A stretch of 64,000 nt of DNA from Emiliania huxleyi CCMP1516 (lineage: Eukaryota). Under the pieces are notes generated by a model. It did no database searches. It was not told where the DNA came from and saw nothing but the letters and a program-made list of their open reading frames with translations. The stretch is from NCBI RefSeq assembly GCF_000372725.1, contig NW_005202428.1, forward strand, positions 1,535,331 to 1,599,330, read 5' to 3'. Below are positions 22,941 to 36,947 of this stretch, piece by piece. The translations under genes and the position numbers were made by a program. Position 1 is the first letter of the stretch, and every line of letters starts with the position of its first letter.

Positions 22941-23173
22941 GTAGACATGACACTGTACACCACGCACGTACACAGGTCCTCACTCAGCTTCCCGTCCCGG
23001 GGTTCCACCGCCCGCATTCCCAGGGCTCCGGTTCTCCCTGATTCGCTCTTTTATTCGCCAGCCGAGCGTCGCCTGACGGCCGCTGTAGCCGTTTCGCTAC
23101 GGTCTTTTTCTTTGGCTCGCCCGCGGCCGCCTCTCGGAGCGCCCTCCTCGAGCGCCGCGCGCGCCGTGGAAAC

Positions 23174-26100
23174 ATGCCGCGCTTCGTTCCCCAGGGCACG
23201 GCGCCGCTCACAACCATGGTTGAAGACGACGAGGAGGACCAGGAGAGCGAGACGGCCTCCGACTCGGACGACCTCCTCGGGACGCACATCTCGGATGATG
23301 ACGAGCCCCGGCGGCCGGGAGACCGCCGCCTGCGCGCTGCCGACCCCGAGAAGCAGGCCAAGTTTGAGAAGGAGCACGAGCAGGAGGTGCATACCGTGGC
23401 TCCCGACGGCGGCTACATGGGCAGGAACTTCCACGGCGCCTTCACCGGCGGCTGGTCGGCGGGCTACTTCAACAGCGTGGGGAGCAAGGAGGGCTGGGCG
23501 CCGTCGGAGTGGAAGTCGAGCCGGGGCGCGCGGACGGAGGGCGTGGCGCAGCGCGTCGAGGACTTCATGGACGACGAGGACCTGGCCGGGCACGCGGCGG
23601 AGAGGCGCGTCGTCACGCGAGGCGGCTTCAGCGGCGCTGCTCCGGCCGCCGCGGGCGCAGCAGCACGGCGCGCGGCTCCTGCGGCGGCGGCGGCGGCGGC
23701 GGCGGGTCCGTCGCGGGCGGGCGGCAGCGTTGCCGACTTGGGCGAGCGCATCGGCGAGCTGCTCCACCGCTCGGGCGAGGCTGAGTCGGTCGGGAGGCGG
23801 ATGCTGCGTGCGATGGGCTGGCGCGACGGCTTCGGTGTCGGTCCTCGCACGGCGGCCCCGGCGGCCGGGGCGAAGAGGAAGGTGTACGGGTGCAGCCCCG
23901 GCCCGTCCGCCTCGGCGAGCGCCGGCGGCGGGAGCGCCGCCGCCGCCGCCGCAGAGGCGGACGACCTCGACGCGGTGTTGGGCGCCGCGCCGGGCGTTAC
24001 GCTCGCTCCTCGAGCAGTCGCTACGGTGGCCTTCACGCCAAAGAACGACCTCTGCGGTGTGGGGTACGATGCGATGCGAGGCGCGCCCGAGTTTGCCGCT
24101 GCCGCCGCCGCCGCCGCCCCCGGCGCCGGCCGCTACGCGCGCGCGCTCGCCCCAGCCAAGGCGCTGCGCAGCGCGCTGCCGTCCGGGTACGACGACGACG
24201 ACGACGGCCGTTTCGACTCGCAGCCGGGCGACGACATGGCGCTGTACGACTCTGTGCTGGACGGGCCCGGCGACGAGGCGGAGGAGGGCGGGAGCTCCTG
24301 GCGCGAGCTGCGTCGGCTCGAGGGCGGCGGCCGGCGCAAGCCCGCCTCGGTCAAGCCCGCCATTGGAAAGTACTCGCTGCGTGGGTTTGTGCCGGCGGAA
24401 CGGCCGCCCCCGCGTGAGGTGAGGACACACAGCCGAGATGTGGCCGAGATGTGGCCGAGATATAGCCTCCCCGCGTGAGGCGAGATGTTCGCCGAGATAC
24501 GCCGCCGAGATGTGATCGAGCACGCACCGGCCGGTGGAGCCGGCATCGGTGGAGCCGGCATCGGTGGAGCCGGCATCGGTGGAGCCGCGCCTCAGCCGTC
24601 CCCGTGCCGCCTGCCAGGCGTGGTACGAGCCGCCTCGCGTGCCGCGCGAGTTTGACGAGCGGCACGTCTTCCCGCCGCCGCCGCCGCCGCCCTCGGACTT
24701 GCCGCCCGCCCTCGTCGAGGCCCTCCAACGGCAAGCTTTGCCGCCAAAAGCGCCGTCGCGCGAGGGCGCGCCGCCGCCGCCGCCGCCGTCGGCGCCGCAC
24801 CCGCCGCCGCCGCCGCACCCACCCCCAGGGGTGCCTTCCGCACCGCCGGGGGTGCCGCCGCCGCCGCCGCCGCCGCCGAGCGCAGACTTGAGCGCCGTCT
24901 GGGGCCTCGTCGGCAAGCGGGACATGCTTCGTCTCTGGCAGCACCTCCAGCACCTCCGCGCACCGCCGCCGCCGCCGCCGCCACCGCAGCGTGAGCAGCG
25001 GAGACAGCCGCCGCCGCCGCCGCCGCCGCCACGGATGGACCTGGCCGCAGCGGGCGGTGCGGCGGCCGCCGGCGCCGCCGCCGCCGCCGCTCATTTTGCG
25101 AGGCAAGGGCCGCCGCCGCCGCCGGCCGGAGGAGCGCCGCCGCCTCCTCCGCCGCATGGGGGAGGAATGGGCGGGCCAGCAGCCCCCGCCGGCGGCTGGC
25201 AGCCACGCGAGTGCTTGCAGCCCCTCCGCCCCCTTTCCCCCGCTCAGCAGGCCGTGCTTCTGTCTTCTAGGCAGCTCGCCGACGACTGCAAGCCCTACGC
25301 AGCCGACCCGCCCAAGCAGGCGCGTTTCGAAGCTTTCCTGCAGTCGAGCCGCGAGGGCCAGGGGTGGGCAGAGGTTGGCACGGCCCCGCCCGCCGTGAGA
25401 CGGAAGAGGTGGGTCGTCTCGAGCCCAGCCGCGCCGCGCTGTAGGCGGAGGAGGGGCGAGAGTTTGCAAAGGTGGCGGCTTTCTTCTCGCGCCCCAAGCA
25501 CTCCGTCATCTCGGAGCGCTTCACCTCGTCGTCGATGCACATCTCGATGCCGGCCGGGATGAGCAAGGGGGGCGGGGCGAAGGCCGCCGCGCCCGCTGCG
25601 CCAGCTGTGCCCACCGCGCCGCCGCCGGAGCCGGTGCGGAGCGAGGCGGCGCAGGCAGCTGCCGCTGGGATGTTTGGGAAGCTCACACGCAAGACGGAGC
25701 CGTGGGCCCCTGAGCCGCTGCTGTGCAAGCGGCTCAACGTGCCTGTCCCTGCTGTCGCAGAGCCGGCGCGGCAGGAGGGGCGCGGGGGCGGTGGCGTCGG
25801 CAAGCGGAGTTGGGAGTCGACGATGACATTCAACGATGCGTTGCTGCCCCTCCCCCAGCTCGATGCCCCGACTGCGACTGGCACTCGCGGCGCACGGCAA
25901 GCGCCGCCACCGCCGCCGCCGCCGCCGCCGCAAGCGCAGCACGGGCAGGCTCGTGCCGCAGCGGACGCGCTGCTCGCTAACCTCAGCGGCGCCTCCTCCT
26001 CGGATGGCACTACGAAAGGAACTTTGTCGGCTGGCGCTGCAGCGCCCGCTCCCAGCCCCGCCGCCGCCGCCGCGTCGGCTGCGATGGAGGAGGATGCCGA

Positions 26101-26581
26101 CGACGGCCCTGAGGCGAGACCGCCCCCCCCTGGCCCTCCGTGGGCTGCACACACGTTGGAGCGCGACCTCTCTCGGCTGTAGGAGCGCCCACCTCTCGAC
26201 CTCTTCCGTGCGATCTTCGACTCAGACTCCGAGGAGGACGCGCCCGCGCCGGCGTCGGCTGCACAACGGTCTTCGGCACCGCCCGCCGTAAGGGAGGCGG
26301 AGGCGGCGCCGGGGTCGTCGGAGCAAGGAATGGCGCACTTGCCAAATCCGGGCGCGCCATCGCTGCCACCGCGCGAGCCATCGCCCATTTTGTCGCAGCA
26401 GCAACAGCAGTCGGAGGCGGTAGGCAGCAGCTCTTCGGACGAGTCGGCCGAGGAGGAGCCGAGAGAAGGCCACTCAAAGCGGAAGCGCGAGAAGAAGAAG
26501 AAGAAACAAGGCGCCAGCAAGAAGCGGAAAAAGGAGAAGAAGGAGAAGCACAAGAAGGAGAAGCGGCGGAAAGAGTCGTGA
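23174..26581 (+). CDS. GPATCH1: G-patch domain-containing protein 1 (GPATCH1 / TOUGH-like), multi-exon
   Basis: [44 protein letters not shown]-patch [53 protein letters not shown]...[26 protein letters not shown], Lys-rich C-terminus. Confidence 0.92.
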
Positions 26582-27033
26582 GTGTGCGTAGTTTATGAGT
26601 TACGTGTACGTGTGCTTCCGAAATGTAGCCATCATATACGTTGAAAGTACACTCAACAGAACGACTCTCTTCGCGCGGACGCGCACGAGTTCTCGCGGTA
26701 TCTCGAGTTCCCTCCAGTGAACACTCGCGCCGCGCTCCCCCCCTGGCACGCAGCGCGCGAGCGACCCAGACCAACACATAGACACGCGCTCCAATGAGTC
26801 CGCTGCGGCCCGCTGTGTACCGCGACCCCACCCCTCTCTATGCTATCCCCCCTGTTCTCCATGCCTCCACGAGCGAGTCGCCCCGCCCCCGAGCTCAGGG
26901 CCCATTGATTGCGAAATAGTTGCTATCGCATTCCCGAGCGACCGCTGTCTGTCGGCAAGGAGCGAGAGATGCCGTCATGCCTTCATGCACGCCACAATCC
27001 CCCCCCCCCCCTTCCCCCACACCGTTGCACATC

Positions 27034-29802
27034 TCAAACTGCCACCGTTGGCGGGTTCGCCGGCTCAAGCTCAGAATCAGACGGCCGCTTGTCCTGTACC
27101 ATCGCCTGCAACCTGTGGTAGCGGTTGCGAATGGCGTGGTCCGTGCGGCCAGGCAGCCGTTGCGCAATCTGGAACCACTTGTGCCCAACCTCCGCAACTG
27201 AGTTGACAATGATCGCATCCTCCGCGCGAGTCCAAGAGACCCTCGCCTCCTTGAAAACGCCGTCAGCCCCGTCCACCGCCGAGGACTTGGGGTGCGCCGG
27301 CTTGCGCTGTGCCCCGCCCCCCTCCACTGCGCCAGACAGCGCCATCCCACCATCGCCCACCTCCCACGCCTCGCCCTTGAGCCGGTTCCACCGGTTGCGC
27401 ACCGCGTCGTCCGAGCGGCCCGGCAGCATCTGGGCAATCTTGCGCCAGCGCAGGCCGTGAGTGGCGACGCCGGTTCGGATGACATCATCCTCCTCAGCCG
27501 TCCACTCCTTGCGCTCCGGACCGTTGCGTTGGCCGCTCTTGCCGCGCCCGGACGAGCCTGCTGGCTTCGCTGGCATCGGCTGCTGCGGAGTCTGCCAGTG
27601 GCCAAGCGGCACCGCCTGTGCGACCACGCGATAGCCCCCGCCAGTGGCCGGGACAGCGGTCTGCACGGCGTGGCCCAGAGAAGTGGCGGCGCCAGCGAGC
27701 GGCGGCGCGGTGTACGACGAACCGGAAAAGTCGTACCCGGTCGATGCCGGCGGGTACGAGATCGCAGAGGCGCCTGGGTACGCCTCGGGGCAGCCCAACA
27801 CAGCTGCATTGGCGAACGACATACCGCCCTCAGCCGCTTGGTAGCCGCCGTTCCCGTCCGCGATCGCCCAATTGCCGCACCCCGCTGCCGCTGCGTGGTC
27901 TCCGGCGCCGTCGTAAGCCTGCGGCGCGTAGCCGTGGGGCACGTCCGCATACTCCACGTCTCCGTACGCGTAGCCATCTCGGCCTGCATAGCCATAGTAG
28001 CCCTCGTCGCCGCCCGCCGAGCCCACCGGAAACGTAATCGGAACCGGGGTGCCGCTGGCGTCCATGTAGTAGCCCGCGCCCGCGTAGCTGCCTCCGCCTT
28101 CGTGGTACGTGGTGCCGCCGTAGTAGCCTGACGCGCCGCAGCCGCTGTCGTACGCCGAAACGGCGCCGTAGCCATGGCACGGGGCGGCCCCCGGCGGCGC
28201 GGCATAGCCGTGCTCAATGTTGTGCGCATCGCCCTGCACCAAGTTCCCGACAGCGCTCTCGTCGGTGTGCAGAGCGGCCTGGCGAAAGTGGGGCGGCTGC
28301 AGCGGTTGCACGCTCTCATCGAGGGGCCGGCTGGCGGCCTGCTCCATGATGTAGAACAGCTCGCCAGAGCCATACTGCTGCACGCCGTTGCTGTTCACGC
28401 AAGCACCGGCCTGGAACGCGGAAGACGTTGGAGCCTCCTCGCGCAGCACCCCGAAAACGCCGGTGGATCCCGACACCCCCGCCGCCGGTAGCTGCAGCGA
28501 CGAAGAGATTTGCGAGGGAAGGTCGCCGAGGGAGTCCTCGCGACCGAGGGCATTCTCGTCTGCCGGTCCGCCAGGATGCGAGCTCGCCGCCCCCGGAGCG
28601 TTGTCGTGGACGCCGGCGTCGCTGACGCAATCGACCTACGGGAGACGAAGTGCTGGCTGTCGCTCCCCCCCCCCCCCCCCCCTCCTCCTCTGGCTCGGTG
28701 AGGCCCCACCGAGGCAACGGCGATGGCGAGGCCCATCTCGGCGTCTGCGTCGGCGTCTGCATCGGAGGACGAGGTGGCATCTCCACCGGCAAGCGGGCTT
28801 GGGGGCGATGGCCGGCTCGGCTGGGGCGGCGAGGAGAACATGGCGCCAACAAAGGACATGTCCACCTAGGCAGCAGCGGCCGTTTTGAATCGTGGTGGCA
28901 GCCAGCCCAGGACAGGTACAGGTGAGCTTGCGCACCTCGGGTGTCGATGTCAACTTCCCTGGGAAAGAGCTGTCCGCCGCCTCTCCATCCGCCGCACGAT
29001 CAGGCCGTGGAAGCGGTGTGGGGCTGGCGGCCGGGGCGAGCTGTGGCCCACCGTCAGACCGGCTGCGCCGGTGCCCTCCGCCACCACCGCCGATTGCGCC
29101 AAAGCTGCTGCAAGCGTCGTCCCCGCCGCCGCCTGCCTCGCCGCTGCTCCCCGCGCCGCCCGCGCCACCGCAGAGAGCCTGCACGTCTCCCACCGTGAGC
29201 GTGTTGACGGAGCCTGAAGGGGTGCGCTGCCGTCGAATGCGCGGCCACGAGCCGGACGATGAGCCGTGCATCAGATCGCTCCCTACAGAAGAGCGAGGGC
29301 TTTCATCAAGACACGCGCAATGGCAATGGCGCGCGCGCTGCAGCAGGGCGCCGTCGGCGAGGGGCGCTGCTGCTGGCGGCGCGCCGAGCGCACCGTCCAC
29401 CTGCCACTCCCGTTGCCAACCCTCCTTGGGCGCACCCCGCGGCGTGGGCAGCCCCGAGCCTGTCCCAGAGGCCAAACCGGAGGAGCTCGAAGACGCCGCG
29501 TACAGCAGCCCTCCTCCTGCTGCGGCGCCCTCGCCCTCGTACACGGCGCAGGGCGGGTCGCGCGTCAGCGCAATGGTCAGACCGGCGTCTGCTGCCGCGG
29601 CGACCATCTGCGCCGAGCTGTAGTCGCCGGATGCCGACCCCGCCGCCTGCGCCGGCGCCGCCCCTCCCGCCTGATGCTCGCATGTGAAGCTGAGCGCGGC
29701 CTGCATCTCCCAAACGGAGGGGGCCTCCCGCTTGAGGCCGAGACCACGCCGCCCGCCATCCTCCGCCCCAGCAGCCAGCGCCGGCTGAGCCTGCGTCGCC
29801 AT
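27034..29802 (-). CDS. MYB transcription factor with two separated C-terminal MYB repeats, multi-exon
   Basis: RKEWTAEEDDVIRTGVATHGLRWRKIAQMLPGRSDDAVRNRWNRL and RVSWTRAEDAIIVNSVAEVGHKWFQIAQRLPGRTDHAIRNRYHRL. Upstream exons from MATQAQP (29802) are joined by inference. Confidence 0.85.
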
Positions 29803-30961
29803 GATGGGGGGCGTGCACACACGCCGGTGCTGTTGTTGGCTGCTCGAGACCTGCTCTGATTCCCCCAATAAACGAGGCGGCGACGAAACCACTTTTTCTT
29901 TTTTGAGCGAGTCTGCTTTTTTTGATCGGGGGGGGGGGGGGGGGGGGCTGCGCGCATCTTTCCGCCTTACAACCAGTAACCAGCCTCCGGCGGGCCCCCG
30001 CTACCATCCAAATCCGAGTGCCGGTCTACTAATCATAGATAGAGGCCGTCAAGTGTGACATAAGTCCACACACATACGACATACACACACAATGCAACTC
30101 TCACGACACACGGGCACCGGTGGAGCGGCGGCGGCGGCGGCAGCGGCACGCGCGGGCGGACGGATTCGGACGGGGCGGAGCAGCGACCGCCTGGGCGGCC
30201 GCTGCTCTGTCTTGCCAGAGCGCGCCGTCTGTCTGCGCAGCTCGAGCGCGGTCAGGTGCAGGGAAGCGTGGCGGCGCGGGGAAGCGCGGCGGCGGTGCCG
30301 GTGGCGAGCAGGCGAGCGGCCCGCGCGCGGCGAGGCGGACAGGTGATCGGGCAGGCGGGTGATGGGCCGGAGAGTGACCGCGCCCAGCGATCGGAGACGA
30401 GCCGATCGTCGCTCGGCCGCAGCTGACCTCGAAGGCGTGCGGAGCGCGACTGTCGGTGTCGCGGGGCGGCCGTCATGTGGCGAGGAGGGAAGGACGACAA
30501 GTGCGCGTCGTACGGGTCGCTCTTCATCGGCCAGTCGAGCGGCACTCAAGTGAGCTCGAAGGAAGCAAAGCATGCCCGGTTGAGCCAGTCGCTTCGAACG
30601 CCCGTGAAATCTGCTTTGGCGCCAAAGCTTGTGACGAGTTTTGCCACGAAAAAATGGCCCTTGGCCTTGCTAAAAAGGGGGAGCTAACTGGGCGGCCAAA
30701 TTCACACCTCGCGGGACTACTTATGTTTACCCCCCCGCTACGTGTCGCACGAGTGCAACCGGGTAGCGCGGGCGGGGGGCTAAAATTGCCCGGTGTCGGA
30801 CGTGTGCGGGCGCGCGCGGTGCGCCGCCGGTGTGCGGTGACCGGTGGACAGGGGGCGGTGGCGACAAGGCGAGGGCGGAGGGGCGAAGGCGCGGTGGTGG
30901 AACGCTGCAACCGACGCGCTACTAGACTAATCTTGCGTAACAAGGGTCCACGATTTGAGCT

Positions 30962-33900
30962 CTAACTCTCTCGATCGGTCTCGGGACACGACGGCTCTGC
31001 CGGGGCAACCCTCAGCCCCTTGCCTGGTCGCTTGTCGTAGTGAGGCACAGCGTCCGTGACGAGGTCCGACACGACCACGTCCCGAGTGCCGCCGCCGCCG
31101 CCGTCGCACCCCTTTGGCGTGAGTGTGCGCTCGAGCGGGTGAGAGTGGCCGGCGGGGTCGGACCAATGGCCACGGTTCCACCCCTTGTGGAAGAGCCGTG
31201 CACCACTCGCGCGGCCGCCGCGCCGCACCAAATTGGTCGCCGCGAGCACCTTGCCCGCGGCGGCGACCGCCTCCGCTTCCCACCCGCCCGGCAGGCGGAG
31301 CGAAGTGACGGTCGACGGCGCCGCCAGCCGCGGGCGCCAGCACCAATCGCTCGGCCGCGCGCCGTGAGCAATGGCGAGGCCAGCTGTGCAAGTGGAGGAG
31401 TTGCGCTCGTAGGTCACCTTGCGGCAGAAGGGGTGTGTGGGAGGGGCGGGGGGGAGGGGAGGGGGTTCAGCGCGGCCGGATCAGAGGGTGCTGCGGGCTC
31501 TGGCGGCTAGATGTAGATGCAGATGCGGCGCAGCCTCAGTTGGTGGGTGTGTCCGTGCTGGAGGGAGTGTGTGCGCGCGAGGCACCGAGTGGCAGGTGGG
31601 CTCGGCACAGCAACGCCGCTCGCACTCGGCCAGAGACGGCGCCTCTCCGGCCGGCCACACCACGCGCGCGACGCCTACGCCAGTCGGGGCCGCGCTCGAC
31701 GGAGTGTCGCAGGGGGGCGGGAGGGGGTGCTTTGGGCGCCGTAGCCGTAGTACGGCTTGGAGTGCGCTGCGGCCACGTTGTCCACGCCGCGAAGCCGCCG
31801 GAAGCCGCAGCTGCAGCCGGGCATGCCGCGCACACGGGCGGGGCGGCCGGCAGCGCCGCCGCGGGAGCGTCGCACGGCGCACACGTCGTTGGGCTTCGAG
31901 GTCGGCTCGGGCGCGAACTTGTCGCCGACGACGGGCGCCGCGTACCTGAGGACAGCCGGGAGGAGGAGGGGGGGGATGCACGTGCCCTGCAATCCTGGAC
32001 GCGTTGCGGGGAGCGGCCGACATTCCAATCGCGGGCAGTTGCGGGCAGTCTCGCACGATGTTGCTGCGAGCGGGTGGTCGGCGAAGCTTGGGCACGTGGC
32101 CGCGTCGCCGACCAGAGTGAGGAAGGCGGCGAAGGGCCGACGCCGCGGCGGTGCGCCCGTGCGCACCGCCTCGAAGCCGGCGGCGGTGTGGTACCTGTGC
32201 GTCTCGGGGGACTCGGGTCATCTCGGGCCATCTCGGGCGGCGACGAAGCCGGCGGCGGTTGCGGCGGCGCCCCCGCTTGAAGCACGCCTCGCCGCCTCCC
32301 GCTTGGTGGGCGCAGACCTACTCACCGCTGCACCCGTGCGGAGAGGCTGCTCGCACGCGCGCAAGCCCGAGGGCAAGCCCGAGGGCTAGGCTGGCGCAGC
32401 ATCGCCCACCTCGCAGTTGTGGCAGAGGTCTCGCCAGCCCCAATAGCAGCGCAGCAGCGGGCACCACGGGAAGGTGTCGAGTGTCACGTACCTGTGGACA
32501 TGCCTCGGACACGTCGTGGGCGTGTCCTGGGCATGCGCACGGGAGGCCGTCAGCGTCGTGCACTCGGAGGCGGCGCCGAGCTGGAGCGCCATCTTGACGA
32601 AGGTGGAGGCGAAGACGCCCGCCAACAAGTCGGCCTGCGAGCGGACGCGAGGCTGAGAGTCGGCAGCAAGCCGAGGTTCATCAGCCTCGGCTCTCGACCT
32701 CGCTCTCGGCGCAACCTCGGCGCAACCTCGGCGTGATCTCGGCGTGATCTCGGCGTGATCTCGGCGCCCCCTCGCCTGGGAGAGCAGGGCGAGGTCGAGC
32801 AGCTGCAGGTGCAGCATCTCGTCGCCCTCCCTCCGCCGCTCGCTCTTGCGGTGCGACTCCTGCACCGCCCGGCGGTCCTACCGGCCATCTCACAGACACG
32901 TCCTGGACATGTCCTGGACACGTCCCCGACTCCCGCAGTCGGCGCTCCTCGCGCAGAGTGAGCACGTCGAAGCCGTCCGTGGAAGCCGTCATCGCCTCCG
33001 CCGCGACCGAGGGGTCGTCGGTGGCCAGGAAGATGGTGCCTACAGAAGGCAGTCTCGGGTCATCTCGCGTCATCTCGCGTCATCTCGGGTCATCTCGGCT
33101 CATCTCGGCTCATCTCGGCTCATCTCGGCTCATCTCGGCGCAGGAAGAGGGCGCCTACAGAAAGCTCCCACGGCGGCCTTTCGGCTCCCGCGACAGAGTC
33201 GGTCCTCCGCTAGGTAAGGTGGCGCCGCTGGTGACCCCCGCCTCGCGCAAGCGCGTGACGGCGTGCGCAAACGACTTGACGTACTTGCAGCCGCCTCGCT
33301 TCGCGTCGCCGCACCCGTCGCCCAGCCGCACATGCATTCCGACGAGGGGCCGGCGCACCGAGCGCGTCCACGCAGCGACGCCCTCGCCAAAGCTCGCCGC
33401 GAAGGGCGGGCGTGCCTTGCCGTCGGCGGGCGAGGAGGAGGAGGACGAGGAGGAGGGGCCAGGGCTCGCGGCGGGGTGGGCGGCGGGCGGGCGGCGGAGT
33501 AGCAGCGCTTCGAGGGGCGGCGGCGGCGGCGCGCGGCCGGCGTCCTCGGCCGGGGATCGGAGCAACGAGGCGCTCTGCAGCGGCGCGGGCGGAGGACGCG
33601 TCAGCGGGGGGCGTGCGGCGTGTAGGGCTGCAACACCTGCTGAAGTGTTGACTGAGCACAGCGGGATGCGGCGGAGCAGAGCTGGCCGCAGCGGACTGTG
33701 GGCGCCTCGCCTGCAGCGTGCGCGCGAGGCCGGCCGCGAGGCGCGGGCCGGGCGAGAGGAGGTACTGCGTGAGCGCGCGCCAGTACTGGAGCCACGTGAC
33801 GCGCGAGGACCACTCGTCGGGCACCTGGGCGAGTCGTGTTTTTGTGTGTGGGCATGTCCTGAGGTGTTGTTGCCACGGGACGTACGCGCATCGCACGCCT

Positions 33901-34550
33901 CGAGGAACTGAGTGGACTGGTGCGCCTGTGTTCCGCGGCGTGTGGTGTTAGGAGAGGCGGCCTCCGCACCGCCGAGGGGCTGCGTCGGCGGTGCGCCCAG
34001 TGAGGCTGCGTGAAGGCCTTCCGAAAGCGCGACGCCGTCGAGAGAGGACAGGAGGCGACTGTGCACTTGCGGATGGGAGCGCGGCCGCGCTGGTCCTCCT
34101 CGAAGAGCCGCTGACACGCCGACGGCCGCACGAGTTCCTCGAGCGGGTACCTAGAAGGGCTCGATGACGCGTCCAGGGAGGCTCACCTGAGGGTCGTCTC
34201 GCCAAGCGGCGGGTGCACGATGTCGGCATCGTTGCTGGCGGCCAGTCTGTCACCACGAGCGCACGCCGCTGCATCAGCGCCATGTGGAACGACATGGTCA
34301 AAGCTAGCAGCTTGTTGCCAATCCCATTAGGCGAGGTCGGCGCAAAGTACACGGCTGTATCGTGGTAGGAGCACGGCAGCGAGACGTGCCGCTCATCGAG
34401 CCAGGCCTTGAGGTCTGCGTCGAGCGTCCCGTTGCCTACGACAAAGAGACCCGACGGACCGCCGCGGCGGCGGTGCCGGCGGCGCATGTTTCGAAACTTC
34501 GGCGCCGAGCTGAGCAGGTCGCTGCGTGCGCAGGTCGACCGCGGAAAGAA
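30962..34550 (-). CDS. FUT8/NodZ-like (GT23-type) fucosyltransferase with a Cys-rich C-terminal region, multi-exon; start uncertain
   Basis: NGIGNKLLAL (N-terminal GxGN), VGMHVRLGD (motif I), TIFLATDD (motif II), LLDLALLSQADLLAGVFASTF (motif III); C-terminal SLAECERRCCAEPTCHS is PAN/apple-like. Confidence 0.75.
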
Positions 34551-34996
34551 TTTTAGAAGGCCGGGGCCTGATCGTCCTTCCAAGATCCTGCTCGTGCCGG
34601 CGGGGGCCCTGTCCTTCTCCCACCCCTCGTCTGGCGTGTCCGTTTTATTTATTTATTTTGGCACGCAGCTGCGTAATCGTCGGCGCACGTGCGCGGCTCT
34701 TCACGGCCTGTGCCTGCGAGTTGGCAGCCCGGGCGTTCACGCGCTGAATCATCATCGTCATTGCTCTGTCTACACCCTCCCTCAGCCGAGGTCTCGCACA
34801 CACATCGTTTTTTGCGCGCATAGACAGACCGCTGACCGGAGAGGCGTGGGAGATCCTGGCGGGAGTGTTGCGTTTTGGTGTAGGTTTAACAACTCTAGAT
34901 TGAACATAGGGAGCTTTTGAGCGGCAAGGCGCTGGCGGCTAGGCTGGTGGTACTCTCACGCGACTGCATCCACTCAAAGTATTGGTACACAACGCC

Positions 34997-36915
34997 TCAC
35001 AAAGCCACCATGCAGTACACGCCGCCGCCTCCCTCCCTGTCCTTCGACTGCAACAGCATGCCGAGCATCCCGCCCAGCGCCTGCATAGTTGGGCGGGTGG
35101 AATGCTCGCGCACGCACGTCGGTTCCGCCGCCGCGGCCTGCTGCGGCCTCGGGCCGGACAGGAGGTGCAGGTCGCTGATGGAGAGCGGTTCCCCGGCAGC
35201 GACCGAACGGCTGCAGCGCAGGAGAATCCGCGCCGGCCCGTCGTCGACAAAGACCGCCTCGAGGAAGCAGTTTGCTTGCGCACGCTGCAGCCGCACCCAG
35301 CGCGAAGCGTTGCCCTCCGCACGCGCGTCGAGGACGACAGAGGTGACCGCGCCCTCGCGAAGGACGTCGAGTCGCACCTGATCTCGGGAGATCTCGGCTC
35401 ATCTCGGCTGGTCTCGGGTAGCACCTCGCGCCGTCGTGCCGCGCGGCGAGCCTCACCGTACCGTCCCCAAACCAGCACCCTGCCCTGCCCGAGAGCCTGA
35501 CTTGTGTTGAGCTCGCGTCGCCGCCTCCAGGCCCGATGTCCGCGAACCGAACGCGGCCGGCGACCTCGCACACTGCTGCGCCCGCGGCGAGAGGAACGGG
35601 GCTGGCGCAAACAAGGGGAGGCCGCCCCCCGCCCAACGCCTGCGCCGGAGCGGCGGGCAACAGGACGAGGAAACTTGTCGGCATTGCCCGCGGCTCCGTC
35701 GGTGGCAGGTGCGGGAGGAACGCGGAGCGGGTGCCTGCACACACCTCAATCCGTGAAGAGGCGCCGTCCACAGTGCGCACTCACGGGGACAAAGTCGGGG
35801 CTTGCCCGCGACAAGCATGCCGCAAGACCGCCCAAACGAGTCGGCCACAGGCCTGGTCCAGGCGGCTGCAGGCAGGAAAGCAGGGCCTTGCCGCCATAGA
35901 CGCGCGCACGCAAAAAGCGCGGCGGTCGCCAGGACCTCCCGCGCCTCCGCCTCCGCCTCCGCCTCCGCCTCCGCCTCCGCCTCCGCCTCCGCCCCCGCCT
36001 CCGCCTCCGCCCCCGCCTCCATCTCCGCCTCCGCCTCCTCCGCCTCCGCCTCCGCCTCCTCCGCCGCTGCGGGAGCGGGTGGTTGGACAAGGAGCAGCGG
36101 GTAGGGCAGACTGCCGCGGGACAAGTCTGCGCGCGCGAGGAGGTGGAAGAGCCTGCGCCCGCCAGCAGCAGGGAGGGGAGCCCACGACGGGACCGGCCTC
36201 CCCTCCCACCGCGGCAGCAGCACGCGCGCAACGCCGCCACTCCCGGACCCCCCGCGACCTCCCACGGCACCGCCCTCTCCACACCCGCCCATCGCCTCGC
36301 ACACCCCCGGCCAGCGAGACTGCAGCAGCCGCCGCCACCACGCCTCGTCGCACAGCCGCGCGCAGTGGCGGCAGACAAGCGGCATGGCGGCGGCGTCGCC
36401 CCCGGGCCATGTGCTCGCCATGTGGAGGATTCGTTGCAGCAAGTCCTCAGGGAGCGAGAGCAGCGGCGGGGGAGGAAGCTGCTGATCGGCGGCACACGCG
36501 CGCAGCCGCACCATCTGGCCAATCGTGCCAACCCTGAGGCGTGCCTACGGGCGATCTCGGGTGACCTCGCGCGATGCTAGGATGATCCAGCATGATCCAG
36601 GGCGATCCAGGGCGATCTTGATCCCCGAGGAGAGGAGCGATTGGCTGCTTGAACACTGCTAACCACCACTAACCAGCTACCATGGAGGCGCGCCAGCGAT
36701 CCCGCGCTCATCGCCGCGATGTCGCCGCACGCCAAACCGCGCGAGAGCAGCGCCGCCGTCGCCTCCGCACCGAGCGACGCGCCCGCGGCCGCGTCGCACA
36801 CCGCGCTCGCCCAGGCGGGGCGCGTGGCGCCGCCAGACGAGAAGAAAGCCTCCGCCTCGGCCTCCGTCAGCGGTTCTGGCGGAGGGGCGACGTCGTCGGC
36901 GTAGAGCGACAGCCT
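34997..36915 (-). CDS. SAM-like + F-box + degenerate SET-domain coding region, multi-exon
   Basis: F-box LLSLPEDLLQRIL...LVCRHCARLCDEAWWRRLLQSRWP; SET-like LVCASPVPLAAGAAVCEVAGRV and VLDARAEGNASRWVRL...ANC...RILLRCSRSVAAGEPLSIS. Confidence 0.65.
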
Positions 36916-36947
36916 GCACTCACCGCCCAGCCGTGAAGAGGCGCCGT

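Noticed and set aside
23051..24925. Long antisense/alternative-frame ORFs (this 624-aa one and many similar, e.g. 48883-50538)
   Set aside because: Shadow ORFs caused by high GC opposite real genes; Arg/Pro/Ala-rich with no motifs.
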